NCBI GenBank assembly: GCA_040080225.1
Contig: JBEBIU010000001.1
Location: 4,978-68,977, forward strand
DNA: 64,000 bases
Reading direction: 5' to 3'
Origin: Terricaulis sp.
GTDB lineage: Bacteria; Pseudomonadota; Alphaproteobacteria; Caulobacterales; Aquidulcibacteraceae
The notes under the pieces were generated by a model. That model was not told the origin of the DNA, did no database searches, and saw only the letters and a list, made by a program, of their open reading frames with translations. Position 1 is the first letter of the stretch; every line of letters starts with the position of its first letter. Position numbers and translations under genes: made by a program. This document shows positions 9,416 to 20,172 of this stretch, one piece after another.

Positions 9416-9723
9416 TCAGTTTCCTCCGCCAGCCGCCGCAACGCCGAAAGGCGCTCGCGCCAGAATTCCCCAAGCCAAGCGTGCGCGACCGCCAGCGCAT
9501 CGCGATCGAGCGAGTAGACGTTCTCCCGCCCACGCCGTTGTTCCCGCACCAATCCGGCGCCGCGCAGCACTGCCAGATGCTTGGACACGGCGGGCCGGCT
9601 CATTTTGAAATTCCGCGCGAGCGCATGGACGGGCGCACCGACGCCACGCAAGGACGCAAGGATCGCCCGCCGCGTCGGATCCGCGAGCGCCCCAAACACC
9701 CAATTCAATTGCCTAGCCTGCAT
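9412..9723 (-). CDS. ArsR/SmtB family transcriptional regulator
   Basis: FGALADPTRRAILASL...MSRPAVSKHLAVLRGAGLV wHTH signature. ATG 9723 preferred over TTG 9729. Confidence 0.88.
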   Translation of the reverse strand: MQARQLNWVFGALADPTRRAILASLRGVGAPVHALARNFKMSRPAVSKHLAVLRGAGLVREQRRGRENVYSLDRDALAVAHAWLGEFWRERLSALRRLAEETE

Positions 9724-9800
9724 CGGCAATTATTGGTAACCATTTGGTTGCGCGTCAAGCGACACTTGACCCGGATGACAGCGCGTCCCAACCAAAGCCG

Positions 9801-10949
9801 ATGCGCGTCATTACCGAGACTGCGGAACTTGCGGACCTGTGCAGGGAAATCGCCGCCCGGCCCTTCGTGGCCATCGACACTGAGTTCATGCGTGAAACCA
9901 CGTATTGGCCGAAACTGTGCTTGATCCAGGCGGCTGCCCCGGGCGTCGAGGCGGTGATCGACCCGCAGGCGGAGGGGATCGAACTCAGCCCCTTGCTGGT
10001 GCTGATGGGAAACCAGGATGTGCTCAAGGTTTTTCACGCCGCGCGCCAGGACTTGGAGATTTTTCTCAAGTTGGCGGGAGGACTGCCTGGTCCTGTTTTC
10101 GACAGCCAGATCGCCGCTATGGCCTGCGGCTATGGCGATTCTATCGCCTATGACGCTCTGGTGCAGCAGGTGCTGAAGCGCCGCTTGGATAAGTCCTCGC
10201 GCTTCACAGATTGGAGCCGCCGGCCGCTGTCAGACGCCCAACTTGCCTATGCGCTCGCCGACGTGACGCATCTGCGCGACCTTTATCCGCGGCTGCGCGA
10301 AAAGCTCGAAAGCGAGGACCGGCTCTCGTGGCTCGATCAGGAGCACGCCAATCTGGTCGATCCGGAAATCTACGACACCACGCCCGAGAATGCATGGAAA
10401 CGACTGAAGCTTCGCAAGACCACGCCAGACTACGTGCTGGCGCTGCAAGTCGCCGCGGAGTGGCGCGAGCGTCAGGCGCAATTGCGCGACGTGCCGCGCG
10501 GGCGCGTCGCCAAGGATGACGCTCTCTACGAAATCGCCGAGCATCGCCCGAAGTCCGCAGCCGATTTCGACCGCATGCGCGCGGTGCCGCGCGGGTTCGG
10601 CAATTCTCGCGGCGCCCAGGAGCTGATCGGCGCGCTTAGCCGCGCTTTCGCCGATCCCGCCCGCCTCACCTACAAGCACGAACGTCCGCAATACTTGCCG
10701 TCAAACACCGGCCCGACAGTGGAATTGTTGAAGGTGTTGCTGCGTTACGAAGCCGAGCGGGCGCAGGTGGCGCCGCGCTTGATCGCCTCCTCGGCCGATG
10801 TCGAAGCCATCGCCGCAAGCGACGACGCCGAGGTTCCCGCGCTCCAGGGCTGGCGCCGACAAGTGTTCGGCGAGCGCGCTTTGGCGTTGAAACACGGCAA
10901 ATTGGCGCTGAAGCTTAAGGACGGCAAGGTCAGCGTCGAGGACGTATAG
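9801..10949 (+). CDS. rnd: ribonuclease D
   Basis: MRVITETAELADLCREIAARPFVAIDTEFMRETTYWPKLCLIQ (DEDD exonuclease motif I), followed by an HRDC-like region. Confidence 0.9.
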   Translation: MRVITETAELADLCREIAARPFVAIDTEFMRETTYWPKLCLIQAAAPGVEAVIDPQAEGIELSPLLVLMGNQDVLKVFHAARQDLEIFLKLAGGLPGPVFDSQIAAMACGYGDSIAYDALVQQVLKRRLDKSSRFTDWSRRPLSDAQLAYALADVTHLRDLYPRLREKLESEDRLSWLDQEHANLVDPEIYDTTPENAWKRLKLRKTTPDYVLALQVAAEWRERQAQLRDVPRGRVAKDDALYEIAEHRPKSAADFDRMRAVPRGFGNSRGAQELIGALSRAFADPARLTYKHERPQYLPSNTGPTVELLKVLLRYEAERAQVAPRLIASSADVEAIAASDDAEVPALQGWRRQVFGERALALKHGKLALKLKDGKVSVEDV

Positions 10950-10957
10950 GGCGCCGA

Positions 10958-13135
10958 CTAGAACGCGACGCTCACGCCGGCCTGCACAAGGCGCGGGGCG
11001 CCAGGCAGAATGCCGCGCGCGCGGTCGACGATGTAAACCTCATCGAACACGTTCTTCACCGTGACGAAGAATGTCGCGGGCGTGCCCGTCGGCGTCAGGT
11101 TCGCGGCCCAATTCACGATGGCGGCATCTTCGATCAGACCACGTTGCCCATTGGCCGATTGCGCCATTGTGTTGAGATCGTCGCCGAACATCGCCGCGGT
11201 GTGCTGCACCTCAATCTGCGTGGAGAACCAATCCTCACGGGCATAGCCAATCGCAAACGAGGCGATCCATTCGGGCGCGTAGGGCAAGCGATTTCCTGTC
11301 ACCAGCACGCAGGTCGGTCCAGGCGTTGGCGGCGCGACACCCGTGCAATTGGCGCCGGGGATGTTGGAATAGCGCTCACCGACATATTTGGCCTCGGCCA
11401 AATAGGTGATGGCGGCGCGAAAATAGAAGTCGTCGCGGTCGAGCACGCCCATGTCGCGGAGCGATACTTGCAGCGAGCCTTCAAGGCCCGAATGACGGGT
11501 CTGGCCCGCGCTGGTCAAAGTTGCGCCCAGTCCGCCCGCCACCGACGCCGGCACAATCTGGTTTTCGAAATCCATGAGAAACGCCGTGACGTCGAAGGAC
11601 GCGCCAGGTGCGAGTTCGCCGCGCAAACCGAGTTCCCAATTGACGCTTTCCTCGGCGTCCAATTCGGTGACGCCGCCGGAATTGGAGATGACGTCCTCTA
11701 CACGCGGAGGCGCAAAGCCGCGATGGACCCCGGCATACGCCACCAAATCCTCGCCGAAATCATACGTTAGCCCCAGTCCCGGGATCACTTCGGTGAGATC
11801 CGTCTTACCGCTGGCGCCGGTGATTTCATTAAGGCGCCCATAGCTGATCGCCTCCACGCGCACGCCCGGTTGCAGCGTCAACGGCCCGAACCTCGTCGCA
11901 GCCACGACAAAGCCCGACCACGCCTCCGCATCGCGCACATTGTGTTCGATCAGGCCGCCATTGACGCTCACGCCCGGCGTGCGGCCGGTCGGAGTGTCGG
12001 CGTTAACCTGCAGCCGGTTCTGCAACTCGGTATGCCAACGCAGCCCCGCTTCCACCTCTGTCGGTGCGCCAAGCAACGCGCCGTCCCAGCCTAGCCGGGT
12101 CTCCAGCCCGTAGACGTGATACTCGCGCAAACGCCCTTCTGTGCCACACGTGGTGGAGAGATTGGCCATGCCGGCGCAAAGCGGATCGCTCGCATCGTTT
12201 GGGCGTTGCCCGGAATTCGAGGATTGCCGCCACCAATCGCGGTTGAAATAGATCGAATAGGCGGACGTCGTCAGCGTTAGCGCCTCCGACACATCCCAGC
12301 CATGGGTCACGCTTGCGGTGTAACGCTGGGTTTCGAAGCGATCGTTGGGGAACGGATTGCCGTAGGGATCGGCGGCGAATTCTGCCGCCGTCAGCCCAGA
12401 ATAGCTGACCTGGCTGTCCTCGTTAGCCGCGCCAACGCGCAAGGTGAGGCGGTGGTCCGGTCCGAAATCGCGCTGGGCCTTGAGATACAGATCGTTGAAC
12501 TGGAGCGCATGGTTCTCCCGCACGCCGTCAAATGCGGTAGTGTTGGCGTGCACGAGCATGCGCGTCCCGAGCGCTTCGCCGCCGATGCTCGCACCGAGTT
12601 CGCGGTACCCGAGCGAGCCAGCGGCCGCCATAATACGCGCCTCGAATTCGCTCGGCGCATCGGGCGTCACGTAATTGACGACGCCGCCCACCGTGTTTGG
12701 TCCAAACCGAATTTGGCTCGCGCCCTTGAGCACTTCGATGCGTTCGAAGCGGCGAACGGGGGGATGAGAATACGTCGCGTTGTCGCCGTAGGGGCCATAG
12801 GTCAGCGGCAGCCCATCCTCCAACAGCAGCGTACGACTCGATCGGGTTGGCGAAAGCCCGCGTACGCCGATATTGGGTCGCAGGCCGAGGCCCTCCTCGT
12901 CACGGGGATAAACCCCGGCGACTTGGCGCAGCGCTTCATTGATTGTGAACACGCGCGCCGCCTCAAGGTCCTCGGCCTCGATGGTCGCTCCCGAGCCTGG
13001 GATGTGCATCAGATTGATCCGGTCGCCGACGACGATGATCTCGTCAAACCCTTTCAAGGCATCCTGCGCCGTGGCGGCGCCCGCTGTCAGCAGCGCCACC
13101 AAGGCCGGCGCGATTTTTATGCACTTGCGGATCAT
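10958..13135 (-). CDS. TonB-dependent outer-membrane receptor
   Basis: Signal peptide MIRKCIKIAPALVALLTAGAATAQD, plug-domain motifs, C-terminal ...AGVSVAF. The ORF-track extension to 13504 overlaps the next gene and is rejected. Confidence 0.9.
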   Translation of the reverse strand: MIRKCIKIAPALVALLTAGAATAQDALKGFDEIIVVGDRINLMHIPGSGATIEAEDLEAARVFTINEALRQVAGVYPRDEEGLGLRPNIGVRGLSPTRSSRTLLLEDGLPLTYGPYGDNATYSHPPVRRFERIEVLKGASQIRFGPNTVGGVVNYVTPDAPSEFEARIMAAAGSLGYRELGASIGGEALGTRMLVHANTTAFDGVRENHALQFNDLYLKAQRDFGPDHRLTLRVGAANEDSQVSYSGLTAAEFAADPYGNPFPNDRFETQRYTASVTHGWDVSEALTLTTSAYSIYFNRDWWRQSSNSGQRPNDASDPLCAGMANLSTTCGTEGRLREYHVYGLETRLGWDGALLGAPTEVEAGLRWHTELQNRLQVNADTPTGRTPGVSVNGGLIEHNVRDAEAWSGFVVAATRFGPLTLQPGVRVEAISYGRLNEITGASGKTDLTEVIPGLGLTYDFGEDLVAYAGVHRGFAPPRVEDVISNSGGVTELDAEESVNWELGLRGELAPGASFDVTAFLMDFENQIVPASVAGGLGATLTSAGQTRHSGLEGSLQVSLRDMGVLDRDDFYFRAAITYLAEAKYVGERYSNIPGANCTGVAPPTPGPTCVLVTGNRLPYAPEWIASFAIGYAREDWFSTQIEVQHTAAMFGDDLNTMAQSANGQRGLIEDAAIVNWAANLTPTGTPATFFVTVKNVFDEVYIVDRARGILPGAPRLVQAGVSVAF

Positions 13136-13152
13136 TCTCAATTTCCTCGATA

Positions 13153-13171
13153 GTTGCGAATAACTCGCAAC
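13153..13171. promoter_or_regulatory. candidate operator palindrome upstream of the TonB-dependent receptor
   Basis: GTTGCGA-ATAAC-TCGCAAC: perfect 7-bp arms, 18-36 nt upstream of the receptor ATG (13135). Confidence 0.35.
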
Positions 13172-13233
13172 AACGAGGAGCGCAAGGGCCTTCTCGCCGC
13201 AGCCCTGCGGCGGATCAGTGCGCGCTAAAGGCG

Positions 13234-13473
13234 CTATTCGTCCTTGAAATAGGGCTCGACGGGACCGGAATATTTGATCGTCAATTGCTTGCCGCGGCGA
13301 TCCAACGTAGTGCCGACCGCCAGCCGGACCCAGCCTTCGCTGACGCAATATTCCTCGACATTGGTTTTCTCCACGCCGCGGAAACGTATTCCAACCCCGC
13401 GAGCTAGCGCGGCTTCGTCGTGAAACGGGCTTTCGGGATCGACGGCGAGGCGGTCGGGTGGTGCGGATAGCAT
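13234..13473 (-). CDS. DUF3297-like small protein
   Basis: MLSAPPDRLAVDPESPFHDEAALARGVGIRFRGVEKTNVEEYCVSEGWVRLAVG...VEPYFKDE, which I recall as DUF3297. Confidence 0.6.
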   Translation of the reverse strand: MLSAPPDRLAVDPESPFHDEAALARGVGIRFRGVEKTNVEEYCVSEGWVRLAVGTTLDRRGKQLTIKYSGPVEPYFKDE

Positions 13474-13516
13474 GCTTCGCCCCTCTTAGCGATGCCGGCG
13501 CCAACCCTCAAGCACT

Positions 13517-15013
13517 TCACCCCGGCTTGACCTCGGCGCGCATGCCCAGAGTGGCGGCGGCGTAGTCGAGCCGTCTCTGCACGGTCTCGGTAACCAGGTG
13601 TAAGACTTGCTTTTTTCCCCGCAACGTCAGCACGCCGCCGTCAATGCTAAGTTCGAATGCAGCCAGCAGCGTCTCGCTGCGGCCGGAGAGGTCGGCGCCG
13701 AGACGCAACGCGGCGCCGAGCGCCGCCGCTCCAGCCTGCTGTCCCTCGCTCAACAATCGCACATAGGCTTCGGATGAGCTTGGAGGGGTCTTGGTGTAGC
13801 GATGGTGTATCGCGGCCGCCAGAAAAGCGCGCTCAGCATGGCTGACCGCCCCCAACGGCGCGCGTAGAACCAAGTCGAACATGATTTCCGCGCGCTGATC
13901 GGGATGCAGCGGGCCTCCGACATCGGCAAGGCGCGCGGCGGCGCCTCGAAGCACCGCGTCGCGCCGCTTCGAGAATGCAGGCGCTTGATCGGTAAACATC
14001 GGCGCGATCCAGGTTTCGAGCATTCGGCCAAAGGCGCGAGCATTAGACCAGCGCCCAGCCAGCGCCTCGGCGGCGGCGATCAACGGATCGGCGCTCAAGG
14101 CGTCAGCGCTCATGCGTTCGATCAACACCCCCTCGCGCAGACCCAACGCAGACAGCACGACACGCTCGAACTGGCCTGCGAGCAATACTTGCTCCAAAAC
14201 CACAGCAGCGTACGGCAGGGTTTCGGCTCGTTTGGCGGCAGTTTCCTCCAGCCGTTCCAGCGATTTCTTGGTGAGCTTACGTACAACATCGATAAGGCGC
14301 AGCGCCTCAACTCGCGGCATTTCGTAATGGTGGAGCACGCCGAGCGGGTGACGGCGCTGCCCGATGTCGATGCGGCCGAGCGCGCGCCACGCGCCGCCCA
14401 CGGCGTAGAACTCGCCGCCGCGCCGGTTCAGCACGCGCGACCCGGAAAGCAGCTTTGCCGCGATTGCGCTGACGCGCTCGTCATCGAACGGAGCGGCGAA
14501 AGCCAACGGCCCAAGCGCAAAGGTCTCGCCGCGGCCAACGCCCATGGGGCCGATCTCGATCAATTCGAGGCTCGCCCCGCCCAGGTCGCCGACGATCCCG
14601 TCGGCGTCGGGAGCGCCGGCCATCACGCCCAGTGCAGAGAGCCGCGCCTCGTCCGCGCCGGAAAGTATGCGCAGGTTCAGGCCTGCCTCAGCCACCGCTC
14701 GCTCAGCAAAGGCGCGCCCATCGGTCGCCTCACGCACCGCGGCCGTGCCCACCGCAAACACGCTCTCGATGTGCCGCGCGGCCAGCAGCGTGGCGAAACG
14801 GCGTAGCGCTCGTATCGCAGCATCGACCCCCGAGGGGGAGAGTTGGCCGGTGCGGGAGAGGTCGCGACCAAGGCCGGCCATCACCTTCTCGTTGAAGATC
14901 GGCGTCATCGCGCGACCTTCAATGCGATAGACGACCAGGCGCACCGAGTTTGAGCCTACATCGATTACGGCCGCCTCCTGGCCGTCCGAGAGCACGGGTT
15001 CCTCCGCGCTCAT
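13517..15013 (-). CDS. ppx: Ppx/GppA family exopolyphosphatase
   Basis: AVIDVGSNSVRLVVY and DLGGASLEL actin-like ATPase motifs. Immediately downstream of ppk. Confidence 0.88.
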   Translation of the reverse strand: MSAEEPVLSDGQEAAVIDVGSNSVRLVVYRIEGRAMTPIFNEKVMAGLGRDLSRTGQLSPSGVDAAIRALRRFATLLAARHIESVFAVGTAAVREATDGRAFAERAVAEAGLNLRILSGADEARLSALGVMAGAPDADGIVGDLGGASLELIEIGPMGVGRGETFALGPLAFAAPFDDERVSAIAAKLLSGSRVLNRRGGEFYAVGGAWRALGRIDIGQRRHPLGVLHHYEMPRVEALRLIDVVRKLTKKSLERLEETAAKRAETLPYAAVVLEQVLLAGQFERVVLSALGLREGVLIERMSADALSADPLIAAAEALAGRWSNARAFGRMLETWIAPMFTDQAPAFSKRRDAVLRGAAARLADVGGPLHPDQRAEIMFDLVLRAPLGAVSHAERAFLAAAIHHRYTKTPPSSSEAYVRLLSEGQQAGAAALGAALRLGADLSGRSETLLAAFELSIDGGVLTLRGKKQVLHLVTETVQRRLDYAAATLGMRAEVKPG

Positions 15014-15028
15014 GGCCGCTTCCTAACC

Positions 15029-17233
15029 TCAGTAAGTCCGCGCTCCGATATGGTCGAACGCGGCGGGCGCATCGCCCTTGAGCGCGCGGCCACGCCCCGA
15101 GAGGCTGGGGTTGCGCATGAAATAGAGGTGCGCGGAGAACGGTTCGTCGGGAAGCTTGGAGACATCGACGCGTTTGAACACCCCATCCTGGTCCATATAC
15201 CAGCTCTGCGCCTCGTCATTGAGGTTGGCGACCATGATTTGGTCGAGAACTTGCTGGTGAACGGTGGGATTTTCAACCGGGCACATGACTTCCACCCGCC
15301 GCTCTAGGTTCCGCGGCATCCAATCGGCTGAGGAAAGGAACACTTTGGCGTTGGCGTTGGGTAGTTTTGCGCCGGCCCCGAAACAAATAATCCGCGAGTG
15401 TTCCAGAAAGCGCCCCACGATCGATTTGACTCGGATGTTCTCCGACATGCCCGGCACACCCGGCCGTAGGCAGCAGATGCCGCGGACCACCAGTTCGATC
15501 TTCACCCCCGCGCACGAGGCCCGGTAAAGCGCGTCGATGATTTCGGGGTGAACCAGCGCGTTGAGCTTGCACCAGATGGCGCCGTCGCGACCGGCTTCGA
15601 CATGCGCAATTTCATCATCGATCAAGCTCAGGATCGTGGACTTGGCGTTGATCGGCGAGATCGCGATTTTCTCCAGCGACGCGGGCTTGGCGTAGCCGGT
15701 GATAAAGTTGAAGAGCCGGCCGGCGTCGCGCCCCAAAGCAGGATCGCAGGTGAAGAGCGAGAGATCCTGATAGATACGCGCCGTGATCGGGTGGTAATTG
15801 CCGGTGCCGAAATGGGCGTAAGTGCGCAAACCATCGCTCTCGCGGCGCACCACGAGGCTGACCTTGGCGTGGGTTTTGTAGTCGATAAAGCCATAGACAA
15901 CCGAGGCGCCCGCGCGTTCTAGGGTTTGCGCCAGCCGCAAGTTCGCCTCTTCATCGAAACGCGCCTTGAGCTCGATCAGCGCGGTGACGTTCTTGCCAGC
16001 CTCAGCCGCAGCGACCAATGCGGCCACGATCGGGCTGTCCCTCGATGTACGGTACAGCGTCTGCTTGATCGCCACCACCGCGGGGTCGGCCGCGGCCTGA
16101 CGCACGAACTGCACCACTGAATCGAACGATTCATACGGATGGTGGACGAGGAAGTCCTTGGCCCGGATGGCCGCGAAACAATCGCCGCCGAAGTCGCGAA
16201 TGCGTTCTGGAAAGCGCGGCTCGTAGCGCGGAAATTTGAGCTCTGGCCGTTCCTCGTTCACAAGCTGTGAAAGCGCCGACAACCCGAGCATGCCATTGAC
16301 AATGACGACATCGCGCGCATCGGCCTCCAATTCGCGCACGATGAACGCGCGCAAATCGTCCGGCATCGAGGCTTCGACCTTGAGCCGGACGATGTCACCG
16401 AGCCGACGCTCCTTCAGGCGTGTTTCGAATTCGAGCACTAGATCCTCGGCCTCTTCCTGGATCTCGATGTCGCTGTCACGCACGACGCGAAATGCTCCGT
16501 GCGCCTCGAGCGCATAACCTGGAAAAATTTCGTCGAGGAAAAGCATGATCGCATGTTCGAGCGTTAGGAAGCGGCGCTGGCGTTTTAGCTCCGGCCCCGC
16601 GCCGCTTTGGCGGGCGGGCGTTACGTCCATGAAGCGCGCCGCGTTGCTGGGCGCGGGGATCAGCGCATTCAACAGGCGGCCGTCCTCCTTGCGCTTGAGC
16701 TTCAACGCAATCGCGAAACCGAGATTGGGAAGAAATGGAAACGGATGCGCCGGATCGATCGCCAGCGGCGAGAGCAACGGAAACACCTGCTGCATGAAGA
16801 CAGGTTTGAGCCAAGCGTGCTCGGCTTTGCTAAGTTCGTCGGGCTCGACCACCGCAATGCCGGCGCCACGCGCTTCTTGGCGCAGCGCCTGCCAACGCAT
16901 TTGCTGACGCGCCATCAATTCGCCGGCGGCGGCGTGGACGCGCGCCAATTGCTCGGCCGGGGTCAAGCCATCCTGGCTCAGCGTGGATACGCCGAGCTTC
17001 ACCTGCTCGTGTAGGCCCGCCACACGCACCATGTAGAATTCGTCGAGATTGTTGGCGGAGATCGACAAGAACCGCAGCCGCTCGAGCAGCGGATGATTGG
17101 GGTTTTCCGCCTCGTCCAGCACGCGCGTGTTGAACGCAAGCCAGGAAAGTTCACGATTGATGAAACGCTGCGGCCCCGACGCTATCGGCGGATCTTCCGC
17201 CTTGGCGCGCTTGTTCTTGCGCGACTTCGCCAT
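15029..17233 (-). CDS. ppk: polyphosphate kinase 1
   Basis: 734 aa with [20 protein letters not shown]-terminus and PLD-like HAK/HSR motifs ([19 protein letters not shown]). Confidence 0.95.
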   Translation of the reverse strand: MAKSRKNKRAKAEDPPIASGPQRFINRELSWLAFNTRVLDEAENPNHPLLERLRFLSISANNLDEFYMVRVAGLHEQVKLGVSTLSQDGLTPAEQLARVHAAAGELMARQQMRWQALRQEARGAGIAVVEPDELSKAEHAWLKPVFMQQVFPLLSPLAIDPAHPFPFLPNLGFAIALKLKRKEDGRLLNALIPAPSNAARFMDVTPARQSGAGPELKRQRRFLTLEHAIMLFLDEIFPGYALEAHGAFRVVRDSDIEIQEEAEDLVLEFETRLKERRLGDIVRLKVEASMPDDLRAFIVRELEADARDVVIVNGMLGLSALSQLVNEERPELKFPRYEPRFPERIRDFGGDCFAAIRAKDFLVHHPYESFDSVVQFVRQAAADPAVVAIKQTLYRTSRDSPIVAALVAAAEAGKNVTALIELKARFDEEANLRLAQTLERAGASVVYGFIDYKTHAKVSLVVRRESDGLRTYAHFGTGNYHPITARIYQDLSLFTCDPALGRDAGRLFNFITGYAKPASLEKIAISPINAKSTILSLIDDEIAHVEAGRDGAIWCKLNALVHPEIIDALYRASCAGVKIELVVRGICCLRPGVPGMSENIRVKSIVGRFLEHSRIICFGAGAKLPNANAKVFLSSADWMPRNLERRVEVMCPVENPTVHQQVLDQIMVANLNDEAQSWYMDQDGVFKRVDVSKLPDEPFSAHLYFMRNPSLSGRGRALKGDAPAAFDHIGARTY

Positions 17234-17251
17234 CTGTCAACGATCCCCTGC

Positions 17252-17925
17252 CTACCCCCGCACGCCTGCCTTTTTCAGCGACAGACGCGCCATAGCCAAT
17301 GTTACCGGTCGTGCGCCCTTAACCAATTCGCGGTCGAGCGCAGCCGCCCAGGTCCGCGCCGCCGCATAGGTTCGCGGCAGCCTTGCGGCCAAGTATTTCA
17401 CAGCATCATCGCTCAAATGGATGAATTGTTCGCGACAAACCCGGCGCAAAATCACCTCCATGAATGCTTCATCGGGCTCTTCAAGTCGGGCGACCGGTAG
17501 TGCGCGAGGCGAGAACGAAGGTCGGGGAGGTCTACACTCCAAGATGCCGGACCCGCCGCCCCGGTCAGCAAGAGCGCGCCGCCTTCGCTTCGGGCTAGGT
17601 CCAGCACTCCCCAGAGCATGGCCTCGTCCCGCGGGCCGTCGGCGTCATCGATCAACAAACGCCCCCCGGACTCGCGAAAAACCGCCGCAGCGTCGTCAGA
17701 TCCGGCATGAGGGGCGATCTGCCTCGCGCCCGTCTCCATCGCCCAGGCCAAGGCGAGGTGGGTTTTCCCCGACCCGGGAGGGCCGATCAACGCGAGCGCG
17801 CCGCCGGGCCAGGCGCGCCAGTCCGTGAGCAGCCGCGCCGCGCCGCGATTGGCGCCAGCCACCACCAGGTTCGCGGGCGAACGATCGCCCATGCGGAACT
17901 CAAACAGACGAGGCTGGGCGCTCAC
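17252..17925 (-). pseudogene. hdaA: hdaA (DnaA-related regulatory inactivator) split by an apparent 1-nt frameshift
   Basis: The N-terminal part (17925 down to ~17506) carries Walker A GPPGSGKTHL and ends ...DLPDLRSRLA. The C-terminal part is in another frame (LPVARLEEPDEAFMEVILRRVCREQFIHLSDDAVKYLAARLPR...). The two frames cross at ~17497-17506. Confidence 0.75.
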
Positions 17926-18996
17926 CTAATCGCCTTGAACTCTCAATAACGGCCCGCTCTGGCTGTCCTCCAGGCGCACGCCGCGCCGCGAAAGCTCCGC
18001 AACGAGCTGCGCCCGATCACCGACAAAAGAGAATGACACCAGCGCGCCCTCGCGGGCGACCGCCTCAATGCGGATCTCTGAAATCAGCGTCTGCGCCGCG
18101 CCCTCCAAAGCTTGCTTGATGCGTTCCCACTGGCGTTCGTCTGTATAGATAGCGGACGCCGAAACCCGAGCCCGTTGGCCGGAACCGGTCGCAACCCTGG
18201 CTTTCCACTCGTTCTGAACCCGCGCGCTCGCCGCATCCGCGAGCGCCGCGAGCGCCGCGCGCAGCGAGGCCGGATCCTCGCCTCCAAGCCGGGCCGATAC
18301 TTCGCCGCGCTCGCGCCTCTGTTCGCCTGCGACCTCCACGAGGTTGACGCTTGCGGTTCCGCCCTGCACGCGCAATGTCGCGTAAACCGCGGAAGCGGCG
18401 GCGGCTGCTTGAGCGAACGGCTGCGCCGCGCGCCAATCGGCGCCGGTGCGCAAGCTCTCTGGGGCAATCGCCAACGGGGCCAACTCCTCGCCAAAGCCGC
18501 CTTGGATCCAGACATCGCGCCACATCGTCGCGACCTCCGCCGCCGTCCCCGGCGCGGCCTGCGGCGCAAGAAGGACGGGCGCGGTGCGCGTGTCCACCAC
18601 CGTCAGGCCCTGCCCTCGAAGCAAGGTGCGGACCCCCGAAGGGTCGAACCGCACCGTCAGCCGGCCTGTATAACGTGTCGAGGAGCGTCGCTCGTCGGCG
18701 ACATCGACCGACAGCACCAGCCGGTCCAAAGCCGTCGCGTCAGGCGCCGGGGCGGGACGGGAGCTGAGTTCCTCGGGAATAGTGAGACGCCGAACCAGGC
18801 GCTCGAAAGCCGCCCGCCGGCCGCCGGCGAAGGCGGCCTCCTGAGCCGAAGCGGCGTTGGTTGCGGTCTGGTCCACCTGGACGCCGGACACTGTATACAC
18901 ATTGTCGCGCCCCGCCTGCGCGGTTGCGGGGGCGGGCGCGAGCGCGCAGAAAGCGAGCAGCAAGGCGATCGGGCCAGACCATGGCTTGAGTGTCAT
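17926..18996 (-). CDS. secreted hypothetical protein (DUF2066-like, the family usually found between hda and purM)
   Basis: Signal peptide MTLKPWSGPIALLLAFCALAPAPATAQA. Its position between hdaA and purM matches my recollection of DUF2066 synteny. Confidence 0.7.
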   Translation of the reverse strand: MTLKPWSGPIALLLAFCALAPAPATAQAGRDNVYTVSGVQVDQTATNAASAQEAAFAGGRRAAFERLVRRLTIPEELSSRPAPAPDATALDRLVLSVDVADERRSSTRYTGRLTVRFDPSGVRTLLRGQGLTVVDTRTAPVLLAPQAAPGTAAEVATMWRDVWIQGGFGEELAPLAIAPESLRTGADWRAAQPFAQAAAAASAVYATLRVQGGTASVNLVEVAGEQRRERGEVSARLGGEDPASLRAALAALADAASARVQNEWKARVATGSGQRARVSASAIYTDERQWERIKQALEGAAQTLISEIRIEAVAREGALVSFSFVGDRAQLVAELSRRGVRLEDSQSGPLLRVQGD

Positions 18997-19091
18997 GTTT
19001 GGGAACCTCTTTTGCGCAAGCGCCATAAGCCTTAGCTTGCTTTAGCTCGGGCGGAATCGCCTATCAATGTGGCGGCTTCGGGACTTTACCT

Positions 19092-20114
19092 TTGACCAAT
19101 TCGAACGGACTGACCTATCGCGGCGCTGGCGTCGATATTGACGAAGGCGAACGCCTCGTCGATCTGATCAAGCCCCTGGCGCGATCGACATCGCGACCCG
19201 GCGCTGAGGCCGCTTTGGGTGGATTCGCCGCCATTTTCGATCCCAAGGCGGCGGGTTTCAAGGACCCCATCTTTCTGGCCACCACCGACGGTGTCGGCAC
19301 CAAGCTCAAAATCGCCATCGAAAGCAATCGCCACGAGAGCGTCGGGATCGATCTCGTCGCCATGTGCGTCAACGACCTCTCGGCCCAGGGCGCCGAGCCG
19401 GTGATGTTTCTGGACTATTACGCCACCGGAAAACTCGATGCCCGGGCTGCTGCGACAATCGTCGCCGGCATCGTCGAAGGTTGCCGCCGCGCGGGTGCCG
19501 CGCTGGCGGGCGGCGAGACCGCCGAAATGCCGGGCATGTACGCGGCCGGCGACTACGATCTTGCCGGCTTCGCCATCGGCGCGGCCGAGCGCGGCTCGCT
19601 GTTGCCACGCATCGGCGACATGAAGTCCGGCGATACTATCATCGGGGTGGCGTCGAGCGGGCCACACTCGAACGGCTACTCGCTGGTGCGCAAGATTGTC
19701 GAGCGCGCCGGCTTGGGATGGGATCAGCCCGCGCCGTTCGCGCCAGGCCGGACGCTTTCAGAGGCGCTTATGGAGCCAACCCGCATCTACGCGCGCGCGC
19801 TGAAGCCCGTGTTCGAAGCTGGCCTCGCCAAGGGTGCGGCCCACATCACGGGGGGCGGATTGGTCGAGAACATTCCGCGCGCCCTGCCCGAACATCTGGT
19901 CGCGAATATTGATTGGGAAGCGTGGGCGCGTCCGGCAGTCTTTCAATGGTTGCAGGACACGGGCGGCGTGCCGGAAGAAGACATGCGCCGCACCTTCAAT
20001 CTTGGAATCGGCATGGCGCTGATCATCGACAATGCGAGCGCGGCGGCGGTGATTGAAACCATCGAAGCCCACGGCGAGCGCGCCTTCCGCATCGGCGCGC
20101 TGAAGGCGGCTTGA
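19092..20114 (+). CDS. purM: phosphoribosylformylglycinamidine cyclo-ligase (AIR synthase)
   Basis: [14 protein letters not shown]..., [24 protein letters not shown] motifs. TTG start at 19092. Confidence 0.93.
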   Translation: MTNSNGLTYRGAGVDIDEGERLVDLIKPLARSTSRPGAEAALGGFAAIFDPKAAGFKDPIFLATTDGVGTKLKIAIESNRHESVGIDLVAMCVNDLSAQGAEPVMFLDYYATGKLDARAAATIVAGIVEGCRRAGAALAGGETAEMPGMYAAGDYDLAGFAIGAAERGSLLPRIGDMKSGDTIIGVASSGPHSNGYSLVRKIVERAGLGWDQPAPFAPGRTLSEALMEPTRIYARALKPVFEAGLAKGAAHITGGGLVENIPRALPEHLVANIDWEAWARPAVFQWLQDTGGVPEEDMRRTFNLGIGMALIIDNASAAAVIETIEAHGERAFRIGALKAA

Positions 20115-20132
20115 ATCGTACCTGTGTTGGGG

Positions 20133-20172
20133 CGCGTCGCCTCAGGCGACGCATGCGCGGCCGGAGGCCGCG
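20133..20172. terminator. two tandem GC hairpins after purM
   Basis: gcgtcgcc-tcag-ggcgacgc (20133-20152) and gcgcggcc-gga-ggccgcgc (20154-20172). No U-tract. Confidence 0.4.

Noticed and set aside
13136-13504. 123-codon N-terminal extension of the TonB-dependent receptor ORF
   Set aside because: It overlaps the DUF3297-like gene in another frame. The receptor has a canonical signal peptide starting at ATG 13135, with a GAGGA RBS.
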